DNA of 64,000 nucleotides from Cyanidioschyzon merolae (lineage: Eukaryota): assembly GCA_000091205.1 (NCBI GenBank), contig AP006502.2; one strand, 5' to 3'. The notes beneath the pieces are model-generated. The model did no database searches. It was not told the DNA's origin and saw only the letters and a list, made by a program, of their open reading frames with translations. How positions within the stretch are numbered: the stretch's first letter is position 1; every line of letters starts with the position of its first letter. Shown in pieces: positions 44,670 through 54,959 of this stretch. Made by a program: the position numbers and the translations under genes.

Positions 44670-45249
44670 GACTGCACGATGCTCTCGTATAACCGCACGG
44701 ATGACAGAAGCTTCATTCGTGCTCCTGCGTGACGCCTTCTCATAGACGAATTCGATCTCCTGCTCATGCTGGCGATCGTTCGTGATGCCATTGATAATCG
44801 TCTATATCCTCTTGGGAGAGATGCCCGGGTAGAGTGCAAACACGGCGCGTATCATGAGACGTTCGAGGTTCATTGTCAAATCGTTCATCAGGTTTCTGAG
44901 GTACTTTTCGCCCCGTAGTTGTAAATATTCCCGTCATCCTTGTATCGAGTACCGTTGGGGCGGGATTCTGCGTAATTTTAGTGCAGGGCATGCACTCGCT
45001 CATTTCTCCTCGACGTTTCCCTCGTACCAAGCATCAGGTGACGAATATAGGTCTTGTCGAAGAACTCGTCCGGAACCTCGACCGTTTCCATGTGCGTCAC
45101 GTCGCGATACATCTCCCTTACCAATTGCATCAGTCCTGACGACGCCTTTACAATACTCTTGGAGTACGAATCGACACGGTTTCTGATCGCATCTCGCAAC
45201 TTTTCCTTGTACGGATCCTTGATATGTGCAAGAAGGTTCCCCAGGCTTG

Positions 45250-45685
45250 TGGTTCATGCTCCCCCATTGTCTAGTGTTATCGTGAGATCTAAGCTACTCG
45301 TCCGCAGTGCAGTTCATTCTGGGACCGTGAACGGGATCATTGGGCGTAACGCTGGTCCCAGTTGACTCCCAGTATATCGCTTCACTGCCGCAGGCAATGA
45401 GTCTATCTTTACAGTTTGCAGGCTCCCAGAATAATGATGTACTCCGACCCCGTATCGAGTGGGTCACCCCTCGAGCCGGCGCCATCTGTGGTACGGCAAC
45501 GCCGTTCTGTCTGCGTGCGGCGACCGCATCGGCGCTTTAGGCGCCATTGCGCACTACCAGGGCAAGCAATCGGCACACGATTGAACGTACGAAACGACGA
45601 TTATATCCGAGAAGGAGTACGGATAATGTTACTTGGAAGTAGGGTATGGATCGATGGATGCTTCACCGCGCACTGAAACAAAGAA
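45250..45685. repeat. Dispersed ~435-bp repeat family, copy 2 (partner 33495-33930)
   Basis: See copy 1. Lies ~600 bp 5' of the Fanzor-like ORF start on the same side. Confidence 0.6.
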
Positions 45686-47749
45686 CAACGAAAAGAAAAG
45701 GCGTACAATCGGAGAAGGTTGGCCTCTGAAAGTGTGTTGTCAACTAAAAAAACTTCCATGCGCCAAGCAAGGCGATGCGGTAAGTTCGTTCGGACACAGC
45801 TACGCATTGATCAAGGTGGCAAGAGAGAATGGTGCTGTAGCCGGTTCGTGTGCGGAAGTTGCGTTCGGTCTGGTCCCTGCGGATTTGAGGACAGTGTCCC
45901 TTCATTACCGCTCGTAGGGACGGTGTGGAAACTTCACTTGATGTGGCTTGATTTATCGAATTTCTTAGAGAACATCCGGTAGGGAGTGGATTGATTACAA
46001 GTCAGTCTTGTAGAGAGCGTTGGCTACGTTCTGTTTTGGGTATGTGTATGTGATGTACAGGATAGGGAATACTGGGCATGTGCTTCATTCACTTGCTGAC
46101 CGTAAAATGACTAATTCGTAAACTTCATACCTGTTTTGCATGCGAGCACTAAGATCTTCACATCATTCCGCAACGTGTCTGCGATCGACCGAAAGCATGC
46201 TTTCAAGTACCTGCATGAGAAACAAAATAAAACGGATTGCGCCGGCACACGAGGTCCAGAGTTCACTGGTACGCGTATCGAGAGAACACAACGCAGGCGC
46301 TGTACCAAGGAGATTAAAATGGAACATTGACCTGCGTTCTCTGTCCTTACGTTTTGGTGATTCGCAAGTTTCTTATCCGATCTACAGCCTCGATATTCCA
46401 AGTGCAGCAATAGGGGATTCCACATTCACATCTCGTTCTAGGATTTTCGGCGGTGGTTTCGAAGTGGCTGCATCGACGCAGCCCCGCTCGAATGCATTCG
46501 ATCACCGGCATCACGGGGATTTGTGGCGTCCTCTCAAATAGATTCCTACAGAACCGATACGATTGTCTATTTCATGGGTGCGAGCCTCGGTTCTTTCCCT
46601 GACTTTACGTACAGGACGCACAAACCATGCATTCTTCAAGATTTCGATCTCACTCTTTCAAGGCAACACCTAAGCAGAACGACATGCTTCCCGAGGGTGA
46701 TGAGAAAAAGAATATGGCTTCGTCCTTTGAGTACTTGTTCACAAGCTCCTGCCAAAAGTTCATGGAACTTCTTGCGTCAAATAATCGATTCCATTCGAAC
46801 GACAAAGCCCATTTTCATCGTTGCAAAAGAGGAACCAGTATTCAACAGCAGCATGCTAATTTACGAGAGGTATACGCCAAGAGGCCCTTGTCTTCAAGCT
46901 TTGCACTAGAGAAAAGTCCTGGACTCGCTGCGCACGCATTATAGCAATCGCTACCACTAGAGGCCGAGTCACCAATTCTGGAAAAGGGAACGTAAGCGGA
47001 TTGCAATGCCTCGACTTGATCTCCGACCTGGATTTTCCGGACGACACTCGTTTCATCATTGACAAAATCGCGTTCCATGAAGCCTTAATCGACAGGAACA
47101 GCTCACGCTTGCTTGCGCAACGGACAGGGTAATTGTCAATGGCCTCACCGAGGAAGAGCCCATGGATGTAGGGTACGACACCTTTGTCTCGCGGACCTAT
47201 GACGGCACTGAGGGTACCGTCTGCACCCGTCATGCGCACGCATCGAGCGATGAAGCCAGCGTTCGCGCGCTCCAAGACGGCTCCCTGAGGCGGACGGCTG
47301 CTGGTCTTATGCGAACCCCTGAGAACAATCAAGTGCCACCGCTGCGAAGGGCGCACAGAAGCTGTATTCAAAGACGCTTGAAGTGTCAAGCGAAGCCTAG
47401 ATCGCAATGACCATGAGTGCATGAAACGCGTCGACAACGCCGGGAATCGGCGTGATCAGAAGTTCAACGCTGCCGTGTACTTCCTTGGGCCTGTGACAAC
47501 GCCACTGGAGGATACAGAGACATCGGCATATTCAGAGCCGGAGCTTAGAGCGCGAGGAAACGGAAGCAGTCACAGAAACAGCGTGCCGCGCTTCGTGTCG
47601 GTGAGAAACGGAAGAAACCAAAACTGTAGAGAGCACATCCGAACTCGCAAACCAGACCTTTTCTATTCATGTCTGACACGAGTGTAACTGCCTGTTTGTG
47701 CTGACCCTGCACGTGTCGCGCTCGAGTCGCTCACGAAAAAGGGAATTTG

Positions 47750-47823
47750 TATCGGCGGCGCGACTCGAACGCGCGATCTTGTGCGTGTGAAGCACACGTC
47801 ATAACCAACTAGACCACGCCGAC
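47750..47823 (-). tRNA. tRNA-Val (anticodon CAC)
   Basis: Minus-strand sequence folds by hand into a cloverleaf: GTCGGCG TG GTCT AGTTGGTTA TGAC G TGTGC TTCACAC GCACA AGATC GCGCG TTCGAGT CGCGC CGCCGAT A. 7-bp acceptor stem with a G1:U72 wobble; D-loop AGTTGGTTA; anticodon loop TTCACAC with U33 and A37 (anticodon CAC); perfect 5-bp T-stem with TTCGAGT loop; discriminator A. Closely resembles eukaryotic tRNA-Val. Confidence 0.75.
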
Positions 47824-47965
47824 ATCAATGCAACTTTCCGTGAAATTCATATATAAATACCGTTTGCGTGTGCTGCTGGCGGCCGAGTCGATGGCCGGCG
47901 CGTTCCAGCTGTCTCGCCGAATTCGTTCGCGATGATGGCAGCGGTTTCGCGTTCCAGCTTGAACC

Positions 47966-48886
47966 TTGAACGCAGAGGTGCTTGCACCCTCACAAAGTCC
48001 CATGTCGACAGAGTCTCGCGGAAAATCAGTAACGACATCAGTGTCTTCTCTGTATTCAAAGGCGAAGCAGAGAGTTTTGAACAAGTTTGGACGGCGAACG
48101 CACTTGACTCGTAACCCGAAAGTAGACTCGCTCAACGAAATCCAGAGTGGTATCCGAGCAGACGAATCGAAGCTAGCGTCTCGCATTACGTCGTATCGGC
48201 GATCACTGCGTGACGCTATCCTTTCAGGTCTGGAGTTACAAACGCTGTACCTGACCATCTACAAGCGGAACGTCGGTGCGCTCAAGTTTAACGTCGAGCG
48301 GAACGAGTACTCGCGAGAGCCGTCTGCGGCGCAAGTAATCTTCATCCAAAAGTTGGAGAAAGAGCTTTCTGAAGTGGAGACGGTGCTCAAACGGGAAATA
48401 GACGCGTTCACTGCCCGGTTTAAGGACTACGCCGACCACCCGCTCACCAACAAGACGCTGGAGGAAGCCGATGAGCTACGGCGGGTGGAGACGCTCAAGG
48501 CGGACTACAAGAAGGCGCGAACCCTGTACAGTGACCGTGCCATTGAGGTCGAGGCGGGTAGCAGCAATCAAGCAGCTTTAACGGAGGCATACCAGGAGTA
48601 TATGCGCCAGAGTGACTTGTTATGTCAGGAAATGATCCAGTACCAGGATCGGGTGGCGCGGGAGGTTGGGAACAAAGTTCGCGGTTTCTTCGAAGCACAG
48701 CATCGAATTTATAGCACCCTCAATGAACAGTATGACAAACTACTGCCAATGGCTCGCCAGCTTGAGTCGCTGCCTTTCCAGAATGGCTTGCCTGGGGTGA
48801 CTGTGGCGGCGGCTGCACCGATCGATGTGGTGAAACAGCACGAATCGGCTACGCCGAGCAGTGACACCATGAGTCTCTTTGATTAA
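47966..48886 (+). CDS. Hypothetical coiled-coil protein (possibly BAR-like)
   Basis: 306 aa, coding-like composition, long predicted helical/coiled segments. No catalytic motif recognised. Confidence 0.4.
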   Translation: MNAEVLAPSQSPMSTESRGKSVTTSVSSLYSKAKQRVLNKFGRRTHLTRNPKVDSLNEIQSGIRADESKLASRITSYRRSLRDAILSGLELQTLYLTIYKRNVGALKFNVERNEYSREPSAAQVIFIQKLEKELSEVETVLKREIDAFTARFKDYADHPLTNKTLEEADELRRVETLKADYKKARTLYSDRAIEVEAGSSNQAALTEAYQEYMRQSDLLCQEMIQYQDRVAREVGNKVRGFFEAQHRIYSTLNEQYDKLLPMARQLESLPFQNGLPGVTVAAAAPIDVVKQHESATPSSDTMSLFD

Positions 48887-50095
48887 TGGTGACCTAGTGC
48901 AATGCATGGGAGTAAAGTGCAAAAGTCCTCCGCCTTGGAAAGCACGATTTCGGCATGTCTTGCTTTTATACAATGCGCTGTCCGAGAACATCCTGGACGG
49001 AACAGGTCGAGCGGGCATGCAGATGCTACTGCAGCGGATGCTGCCGTTTGCGGCAGCGCGAGATGTACGCTTTGGGGTCGACGACCGCTAGTGCCGGGAG
49101 CGCTGAACGCTGGTCGCGCAGCGCCCTGGGGCGTGCCTTGATGGAGGCCTCTCCACAGGGAACAGTGGTCACAAGCAATGCTTTTGGGTTCAGCATGCGC
49201 TCAGCACATGCGAAGCATTCCCGACGAGGCCGAGAGCCTATGGAAACGTTGACGTGCACGCATCAGAGCACACATGCACACACGTATAAATATCTTGCAT
49301 CGCTGTTGTGCGTGCAGGAAATGTAGTTCCTCTTTTGCGGGGTTCTTACCATGGCACTCACTGGGATCATATGCGCCACAACATGAACGCCCGTGCGTCA
49401 ATTTCTTTCTTCCGCTGTTTATCCTAAACAAATGATGCGGAAACCAGGTTCCCCAAAGACCTGCATCCGTAACCCTGGCATGCGATCGGATTTCTGCTAA
49501 TCTGTCAGCGAGGAGCAAGACGCACGTTGCGACGGGCGCTCGCTTCCATCATTCCGCTGAATACACCAGCGGATTTGCTCAGTTACCCCAGCGTTTGCCC
49601 GCACATTGGCCCTGATCTGCCGCTCGCAGACCCAACAGTAGCTAAACTGTAAGCGCTGTCGCGCGTAACACGAGGCAGGAGCCCATGCAGCATGCCTCTT
49701 TGAGGGTATTCGTTTCGTCGCGCGGGTATCTGCGGATCCGAGAATCGCTTCGAATACTGGGCCCTCGCCAATATTTCCTCGCACTGGACGATCAGAAAGC
49801 ACGCGTATTTGGTGGAGATGGCAGCGGTTTCGGACGCTCAACGCACGCGCTGGCACTGAACGAAGAAAACTAGTGGTTGCAGCGCAAGCCGACTTCACTG
49901 CCCATGGAGCACTGCGTAGAAACAGGTGGCGTTCTCTGGAATGTCGTACAAGTCGTATCAGCCACGGTGATAGCGAGGTTTCGGCGTCGGGGCATCGGCA
50001 CTGCCCACAACACTATCGACAACCTGCGCTATTTTCTTTAGCGGAAACGGAATACGGCTCACGCTTCTCCAGCTGGCCGAGTCGCGCACCCAGCA

Positions 50096-50737
50096 TCACT
50101 GGGTCTCTGCAGTCGTTTCGTTGAAATAGGCGTCTGCACTCGCTTGCGACGGGTGTTCTTCGGCGAAGCGCATGAGCATCGCTGTAACTTGCCGGCAACC
50201 GACCAGCACTGCTTCGTCGTAGGCACTGCGTCCACTCTTATTTAAAACAAACGGACTCGCGCCTGTTTGCCGAAGCGCACCTAAAAGAACCTCAACGCAC
50301 TGCACTTGCTGGTTCATACTCGCCCAGTGTAGGGGCGTATTCCCCGCCTCGTTTTGCGCAGCTGGGTCAGCCCCGGCCTCGAGCAACAACCGAACGACCT
50401 CGGTGTGGCCGTTCGCACTCGCCATATGAAGTGCCGTGTTTCCAGTATGCTCATCGGCGGTATTCACGAACGCGATGCGGTCGCTCGGGTCTGGCCACAC
50501 GCTCTCGCTGAGCAGATCCCGCACACCTGCCTCGTCGTTCGCACGGGCATAGTCACGAAGCTCTGCAGCGAGATCTTCCCTACGAAGTAGCGCTGCGCTT
50601 GCAGCGCTCCGTTCAGACAAGACTTTTTCCCGCTCACACATGACCACGACCACAGACCATACGAACAAGTAGACATGCGTCGCCGGTATAGCGCGAAGCC
50701 ATCGTAGCAGCGGCACCAACGACGTTTTGCGGTGCAT
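50096..50737 (-). CDS. Ankyrin-repeat protein
   Basis: 213 aa. Consecutive ANK units (GNTALHMASANGHTEVVRLLLEAGADPAAQNEAGNTPLHWASMNQQVQCVEVLL). Confidence 0.65.
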   Translation of the reverse strand: MHRKTSLVPLLRWLRAIPATHVYLFVWSVVVVMCEREKVLSERSAASAALLRREDLAAELRDYARANDEAGVRDLLSESVWPDPSDRIAFVNTADEHTGNTALHMASANGHTEVVRLLLEAGADPAAQNEAGNTPLHWASMNQQVQCVEVLLGALRQTGASPFVLNKSGRSAYDEAVLVGCRQVTAMLMRFAEEHPSQASADAYFNETTAETQ

Positions 50738-50832
50738 CGATGAGCGTCGTCGATCCGAAACGGACGCGCCGCCAGAAGCGCGCCCTCGGCACAGATCAGC
50801 TGCAAAATCGTTGGCGCGGAGGATGCTCGTAA

Positions 50833-51699
50833 GTGTCTCATTCTTTTTTCCTAGGCGGGACTGTACTCGGGACGGGGCAGGGTAACTGGGTTTCTATGCT
50901 TTTCGTGAGTCTCATTCAAACTAACTGCAACTTATGGAAATGGAAAAGGGAACTCCAGCGCATACAGAGTGGGCGCTGTGACTCCAAGCCGCCTCGGATT
51001 CGAGTCCAGCGCGGGGCGGTGCACGCGAGCATCCCTGTTTCGAGGAGAGAGGTTTTGTACGCGCTTGTGTCAGCGCTTCTGGTGCCGCATACGGGCGGGA
51101 TTCAAAGTCGCCCGTTCAGTGCGGAGCTCGTGCTCGCAGCTGAAACCATGCAGGATGGTGTATCAAGCGCCACTGGTACGACGGCGTTTGCCGGGCCTCG
51201 AGCGGACGCTGTGTACAGCGCTCCCGGCGCCAGGGGCGTGCAGTTCCGCTACCCCAGTCGTTGGCGAATCCGAATGAAACCAATAAAAACACACGCCTTT
51301 GAGGTTCTTGTGGTGAGTGACACCGACGCCAACACGTCCATAGGTGTCGTCAGTGACGCGGTACGTATCAGCCGCGTGGAGGACTTCGGCTCGGCTACGG
51401 ATATCGGCGAGCGCGTTATTGATTTGGAGAGAAAGAAAGATGGGGTACTTTCTGCTGGACTCGTACGCACCGCCCAATCCGTAAGCGAAAACGACGAGCA
51501 ACCCCTAACCTACTATCTGTGTGAGTATCGGGTGAACTCTACTCGAGGCGGGGAGCGGCACTATGCTGCGAAGGTGACGATCGCGAACGGCCAGCTCTAT
51601 GTCATGACAGTACAATGCAAAGAAAGTCAATGGGTCATGTATGAACCTCTCTTCAAAGAGGTCTTGGACTCGTTCCAAGTGCGGGCTTCACAAACCTAA
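50833..51699 (+). CDS. PsbP-domain (PsbP/Mog1-fold) protein, PsbP-like
   Basis: C-terminal region PLTYYLCEYRVNSTRGGERHYAAKVTIANGQLYVMTVQCKESQWVMYEPLFKEVLDSFQV parallels the PsbP C-terminus (...[42 protein letters not shown].KFVE...SF). The N-terminal part may be a transit sequence; the true start may be an internal Met. Confidence 0.55.
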   Translation: MSHSFFLGGTVLGTGQGNWVSMLFVSLIQTNCNLWKWKRELQRIQSGRCDSKPPRIRVQRGAVHASIPVSRREVLYALVSALLVPHTGGIQSRPFSAELVLAAETMQDGVSSATGTTAFAGPRADAVYSAPGARGVQFRYPSRWRIRMKPIKTHAFEVLVVSDTDANTSIGVVSDAVRISRVEDFGSATDIGERVIDLERKKDGVLSAGLVRTAQSVSENDEQPLTYYLCEYRVNSTRGGERHYAAKVTIANGQLYVMTVQCKESQWVMYEPLFKEVLDSFQVRASQT

Positions 51700-53237
51700 T
51701 GATGCACACCAACTGGCGTACAGGGCCCGCCACGCGCACGCGCAACCCTGCAGGGAGCATGCTTCGCGCCTATCCTGCACACCGGAAGCTCGCATTACCA
51801 GCGATGAATGTTTCAGCACGCAGGCACCTGATGCGTCGCGGCCGTTCAACATCCCGATAACGTTCGATCAGGAGCGGTGCTGGCATTCCGGCGATATACC
51901 CATGCGCATCGGGCTGCGCTCATCGTGCGACACGGCAGCGGGGTCGCGCTGCATCTCGTCAGCAGCAAGCATAGATCTAGGGTTGTGCCCAGTGCCTGCA
52001 GTATACATCAACCGAGCTACTGGAGGTACAACTTGGTCAGCGGCAGGCACGGATCTAAGCATATGCCGAATGCCTGCAGGATAGGCCAACGGTTCCACTA
52101 CAGGTACATCTGGAGGCGCTTGGAACATAGAGCAGATCGTTTGGAAGCAAATCCGCATCTTTTCCACACAAATTCGCAACGCAGGAGCAGCGACGTATAC
52201 AGCATCTTACGCATCCGGATGCCATGGTGACGGCCACGCATGACGCTAGGATGTGTGATAGAGTCGCACGCACCAGATGCATGCGATGCGTGATGCGTGC
52301 GTCGTCGATGGCGCGCAATGCCAACGCATCGTCTGCTCGGCGTGCGGGCGCGCGTTCACCATCATCGATGGCGAGGGATCGGCCTCTTTAGCGGATGCCT
52401 GGTGCAGTGCCGCTTTGCAAACCAGAGCTTGGATAATGTTTATGGTATTGGTATTGACTTGAAACACGGGTGAGGGCATCGCCGTTGCATTTGTTGCCTT
52501 GGTTTAGGGGTTGCAGCCGGTTCCAGTCCCCCGTGGACACTGCTGCACGTCTCGAGATGTGCAGCAGACAGCACGCTAGCTCGCACGTCCCAGACGCGTC
52601 GAGCGGTTGCGTTGATGGAGACAATGTATGTCATCGAGATGATTCGCGCTGTGCACGCGGCGCTTTGGTGTTTCCATGGGATCCGATTTGGCGCAAAAAC
52701 GCAATGTACTAGCATGGTGCAGGAAAGGTATTCACTATTTCAGCATACATAGGACTCGTTACGCTTTATATGAAACGCTCTTGATGACATGGGATCGCAT
52801 CAAAAACGCCACCAGTTAACCACGGGGACAAAACAGCCGGCCAGTGGTATTGTCCGGCAAAAGCTCTAACAAAAGCATATATTTGCAGCCCGTACAGAAT
52901 TATGGCCGAAGCGCTTTTTCCATGATTAGCTTCCCGACATGCACCGCAATCAAGCCCAGATCCGAATGTGCGGCCCAATGAGAACACGTCACTGGCGTTC
53001 GTTTCAGTCGCTATGGTGGCATTGGCACGCCTCTAGCGACGAGTGGCTCTCCAGATTTGCCCATAGCATACGTAACGCCAAAAACAGATGCATAAATTTT
53101 ACAGTCGGTCTCGTCCAGGCACTCACCCACAAGCCCGATATGCCAATCCAAGGGGAACAGCCATGATCATCAGGTTCACCCATACAGAATGTTGGCAAAG
53201 TCGGCATCTAGATAGCTGAAGCCGCTCGAACTCTGGG

Positions 53238-54959
53238 CTATTGGTCCGCTGGTTCAGGAGACTGGACCCAATGCGAAAGCGGCTCGGCGATCACTGCGAC
53301 GAGTGATGCGCGTAAATGCCTCACTTCGGTCAGCTGAAAACCACATCGACGTAAGAGCGCATCAAACTCTATCCTGTCGCGTTCCTTGGATCGAAATGCG
53401 GTAAACATGATTTGATCGAGTGCAACGCGAAAGCGCTCAAGGAGTGAGCCGCGCGGATACTGGTCAATGCTTGCCTCCAGGATGACGAGCTTCACATTGC
53501 GAACGTCGCCGATTGCTGCTCGAACACTCCGGCCAATGCGGATACAGTCGGGATCGCGCCAGTCGTGCCAGATATTGCGCATCACATAGATGTCGCCTTC
53601 CTCCGCTGCTGGCACGGTGGTGGCGTCGAAAAGGTCGCCGGCCGCGAACTGGACGCGGCCACTTGCGACCATTGCCGAGCGCTCCGGACTCGTGTTCCAG
53701 TACGCCTTGGCATGCTCGATAACCGGCGGCAGATCGAAAATCACTGCCTTCAGCGCGAAAGCGCTCAGCAGATGATAAACGAGTGAACCATCCGCTGCGC
53801 CGAGGTCTATAACCCGGAGGTAGCGTCCCCAGTCGATATCTTTCATGATCGTCGATCCCAGGAGCGCATCTGAGCTACGCATGGCCCTGTTGAAGACATC
53901 CCATCGATCCGGATGGCTCGACAGGTATTCCCAAAACGTACACTGATGGACGCGTTCAAACGCGCTCGGTTGTTTTGTCGCTGACGCATCGGCACGCGCT
54001 CGCAAACCGTCCGTTTCTACGTCGTTTGACGGCGTATCACGTATCGTCTCAAAGAGAAGCGCACTCGCGGGAAAAATATCGACGTACAAGTGCATTATTT
54101 GAGCGCGCACGCTGTGTGGATGATCCTCGCGCAATAAAGCCGATAATAGTGTGTTCCGCCATAAGCGCTGCTCGTTCGATACGCTCTTTGAGTCACAGTC
54201 CCGCGGGACGTAGGACTCAAAGTAGCCCCAGTTTTCGCAAGCCCGTAGAACGCGACCGACCGCATTGACATCGGCACAGTTGCACTCTTTCGCAACTTCC
54301 GCTGCAGTAACGCCGCCGCCGCGTCTACCGATGATACCGGCAAAGTCAAACAGCGCCGCAGTCCCCAAACACGCGCCTATCAGAAAGAAAGAACCGTCTA
54401 GAAGGGCCCGCAGGTTGGGAGGCACTGGTCCAACGCCGTATACAGCACCCAGCTTGAAGAGCGGCCAAGGCGGCAGCGTGTTTCCGTGCCTCGCAACAAG
54501 TCGCTGTTCGAAAGCAAGCCCTTGGGGTGTGTCGGCCGCATCAGCATACGATCCACTCGCTCCGAACAGCAGAGATCTCATTTGCTCCCAGATGGACGAC
54601 ATGGCCACGTATTGGTACAACACGAAAAGTTGCCTTCTCTCGAACGCTGTACACAGGTTCTCGAAGCGGCCGCCTCCGGCCCGAGCACTCCGTCTCGATG
54701 GTGCATTGCGACGGTCGAGGCGCTCGCTGCGCCTCAGTGTTGCACAGGCTGCGTTGCTGGATGCGTTGCAGTGGCGGTAAACACGAGCGTCAGCACCTGG
54801 AATCGAATCTGCTGGCAGTGACGTCTGTGCTGTCCCACGGTAGATTAAGGAGGCGCTTGCGTCGCGGAACGGTACAGATTCCTGGTATGATTCATCGGGA
54901 ACACGTGGTGCATCATGTAATGGGAGTGGTATGCACACGCTCCCGATCGGCGTTGACAT
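53238..54959 (-). CDS. SAM-dependent O-methyltransferase family protein (plant COMT-like class I fold) with a long N-terminal region
   Basis: The C-terminal domain has motif I VIDLGAADGSLVYHLLSAF, then AVIFDLPPVIEHA, then VQFAAGDLFD...GDIYVMRNIWHDWRDPDCIRI. This matches the OMT family-2 pattern LVDVGGGxG...INFDLPHVI...GGDMF...HDWSDEHC. Confidence 0.55.
   Translation of the reverse strand: MSTPIGSVCIPLPLHDAPRVPDESYQESVPFRDASASLIYRGTAQTSLPADSIPGADARVYRHCNASSNAACATLRRSERLDRRNAPSRRSARAGGGRFENLCTAFERRQLFVLYQYVAMSSIWEQMRSLLFGASGSYADAADTPQGLAFEQRLVARHGNTLPPWPLFKLGAVYGVGPVPPNLRALLDGSFFLIGACLGTAALFDFAGIIGRRGGGVTAAEVAKECNCADVNAVGRVLRACENWGYFESYVPRDCDSKSVSNEQRLWRNTLLSALLREDHPHSVRAQIMHLYVDIFPASALLFETIRDTPSNDVETDGLRARADASATKQPSAFERVHQCTFWEYLSSHPDRWDVFNRAMRSSDALLGSTIMKDIDWGRYLRVIDLGAADGSLVYHLLSAFALKAVIFDLPPVIEHAKAYWNTSPERSAMVASGRVQFAAGDLFDATTVPAAEEGDIYVMRNIWHDWRDPDCIRIGRSVRAAIGDVRNVKLVILEASIDQYPRGSLLERFRVALDQIMFTAFRSKERDRIEFDALLRRCGFQLTEVRHLRASLVAVIAEPLSHWVQSPEPADQ

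Larger units (their letters stand above)
42897..45250 (-). mobile_element. Putative Fanzor-carrying mobile element (extent provisional; may include a disrupted 5' extension of the nuclease gene and a 3' guide-RNA region)
   Basis: Contains the TnpB/Fanzor-like ORF. Upstream minus-strand ORFs 44764-45030 and 44978-45199 could be frameshifted N-terminal pieces. The region is flanked on the 5' side by a dispersed repeat (45250-45685); an AT-richer tract and a tRNA gene lie beyond. No terminal inverted repeats or target-site duplications could be resolved by eye. Confidence 0.35.
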
